A stretch of 64,000 nt of DNA, from NCBI GenBank assembly GCA_002104905.1, contig MCFE01000041.1, positions 124,001-188,000 of the forward strand. The letters run 5' to 3'. Below, piece after piece: positions 62,504 through 64,000 of the stretch. The stretch comes from Basidiobolus meristosporus CBS 931.73 (taxonomy: Eukaryota > Fungi > Basidiobolomycota). How positions within the stretch are numbered: the stretch's first letter is position 1; every line of letters begins with the position of its first letter. Under the pieces are notes generated by a model that searched no databases, was not told where the DNA came from, and worked only from the letters and a program-made list of their open reading frames with translations. Position numbers and translations under genes: made by a program.

Positions 62504-63176
62504 GCAACCCTGCACCGGTAGCCATGCCAATGCTTCTACTAGTCGCAGCCTCCCTCAGATACTTTCGATCCTCTGTACCCGCTCTTTTGGGAGCTTATTG
62601 ACATATAGTATGTGTATTTCATCGGAACCTTGAAGCATCTCGAATACTCGGATCTTTGTCGATACGAAGAGTTGCCCGATTGGAGGCTATAACTACACAA
62701 ATCTTGTGTCAAAGCACTCACATCCTAGGGTAGAAGCAACGTTCTAATATTTCTATATATTAATGAATCACTTTTAGTAAACCAGAAATCCTTGATGTTA
62801 TCTGATCAACCATATTTAGCTTGTAGGGTTAGGGTTGGGGGTGTGATGTTCTGGTGGGTGTGTATTTTAATGGGGCACTATTACGACTTCACCTGCAAAT
62901 CAATTCTGATTCTAGCGTAAAAGGAAGCTTGGATTGTGATGATAGCATTCCCTTCAGTTTCCAGTCATTTCGTACGATAAAAATCTTTAGAAAAAAAGCA
63001 AGCATCGGCTGTTAATAGTTAGACTGTTTGCTAAAATCTTCTGCTTGTATTTCCCAGTCGAGTTACACCATAACACTCCCGCGGTCAACTCTTCGATATT
63101 AACTTGAGCCGACACAAGCCTTACACCCCTGATTCCCGCCTGAATTCGTTAATTTTTTTCTATCTTGTTTGAAGTC

Positions 63177-64000
63177 ATGTCGAAACAGACACGACTCCCT
63201 TTAGACCTGCCACCTCGCCCTAGGTCGTCCAGTAGCACCCGTTCCTCACCTATCGTTAGTTCCATTAGTTCTTCCGAGAGATTGACCAGCTCCCCTCGCG
63301 AGGTGGCTACCACAACTTTCTTCGATGTGGAAGATTCGAACGATTCCCCTGATTTATCTGACCACTCACTCGACAGCCTTAACACCCAAAAGGACACAAC
63401 CGGCTCTTCAGCACTGAATCGGATCCAGAGTATAGCTCGTGGGCAACGGTCCAAAATAGCGGATATGAACCTAGGCCAGAAAACCTCGGCAATGGCCAAT
63501 GTCGCCCGAACAAAGGGGGCCGAGTGGACAAGGATAGGCAGAGATAGACTTGGAAAATGGAAAGCAAGAAATTCACAAGGTATTGCGATCAGGATTTCCC
63601 TTGAGGGGTAGCTAGTTGCAGTTTGGCATCAAGCTGGGCAATGCTTTATCTCTGGGTAGACGTAAATATGCCATTCTGACGACTTTTGTTCTAGACCAAC
63701 CCAACGAAGCGATGGATAAAATCCATTACGAGCCATCAATTTTTGGTCAGCCTCTAGAGGTCGCAGTTGAGCGCTCCAACATCAGCAGTGATTGTCCAGT
63801 CCCTACTGTGGTCGCTAGATGCATTGAGTACTTGGACTGTAATGGTAAGTTGGTGAGGGGTTGCGTCGTCTACAAGATCCTTATTGAAGCATGCCGTTGC
63901 CTTATTGCAGGATTAACCGAGGTAGGCTTGTACAGAGTACCTGGAAGCGCTAGCGCTGTTGCCAATCTCAAAGCAATTTTTGACGAAGGTATTTTTGACT
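63177..64000 (+). CDS. RhoGAP-domain protein, 3' end runs off the window
   Basis: Ser-rich N-terminus; IFGQPLEVAV...VPTVVARCIEYLDCNGLTEVGLYRVPGS with the arginine finger in GLYRVPG. Confidence 0.9.

Noticed and set aside
62824-62836. TAGGGTTAGGGTT telomere-like string
   Set aside because: Only about two units; expected by chance.
1-64000. CRISPR arrays, rRNA genes, intact transposons, prokaryotic operons
   Set aside because: None seen; the sequence is intron-rich eukaryotic DNA with no regularly spaced repeats or intact transposase/RT ORFs.

Overview
Eukaryotic DNA, not prokaryotic: short (about 50-130 nt) GT-AG introns with CTAAC/CTGAC-type branch points break most genes, so the ORF track shows only exon fragments. 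Gene content points to an early-diverging (non-Dikarya) fungus (inference): a cobalamin adenosyltransferase, a single-polypeptide fungal type I fatty acid synthase and a trihelix-type Myb/SANT protein. Two gene-dense housekeeping blocks are present. Block 1 (about 1-27.8 kb): ARP4, Rab5/Vps21, TBC RabGAP, a damaged OST3/6, GSK3, USO1, MMAB, a trihelix factor, a voltage-sensor-only protein and a basket-type nucleoporin. Block 2 (53.4-64 kb): malate synthase, PI synthase, an alpha/beta hydrolase, TFIIB, PHAF1/UPF0183 and a RhoGAP. Between them lies a ~25 kb gene-poor tract holding an intact 12.5 kb beta-alpha fused FAS, a small secreted acidic peptide gene, a TauD/JLP1 pseudogene, a probable DUR3-like pseudogene and a 2.2 kb repeat relic with no CpG. 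The most novel-looking items are a tandem pair of ~90-aa CX2CX3HX4C zinc-knuckle mini-genes, the pore-less voltage-sensor protein, the DY-motif secreted peptide and the CpG-free block. No rRNA, tRNA or CRISPR array could be supported. All splicing, translation and homology calls were made by eye, without database searches.
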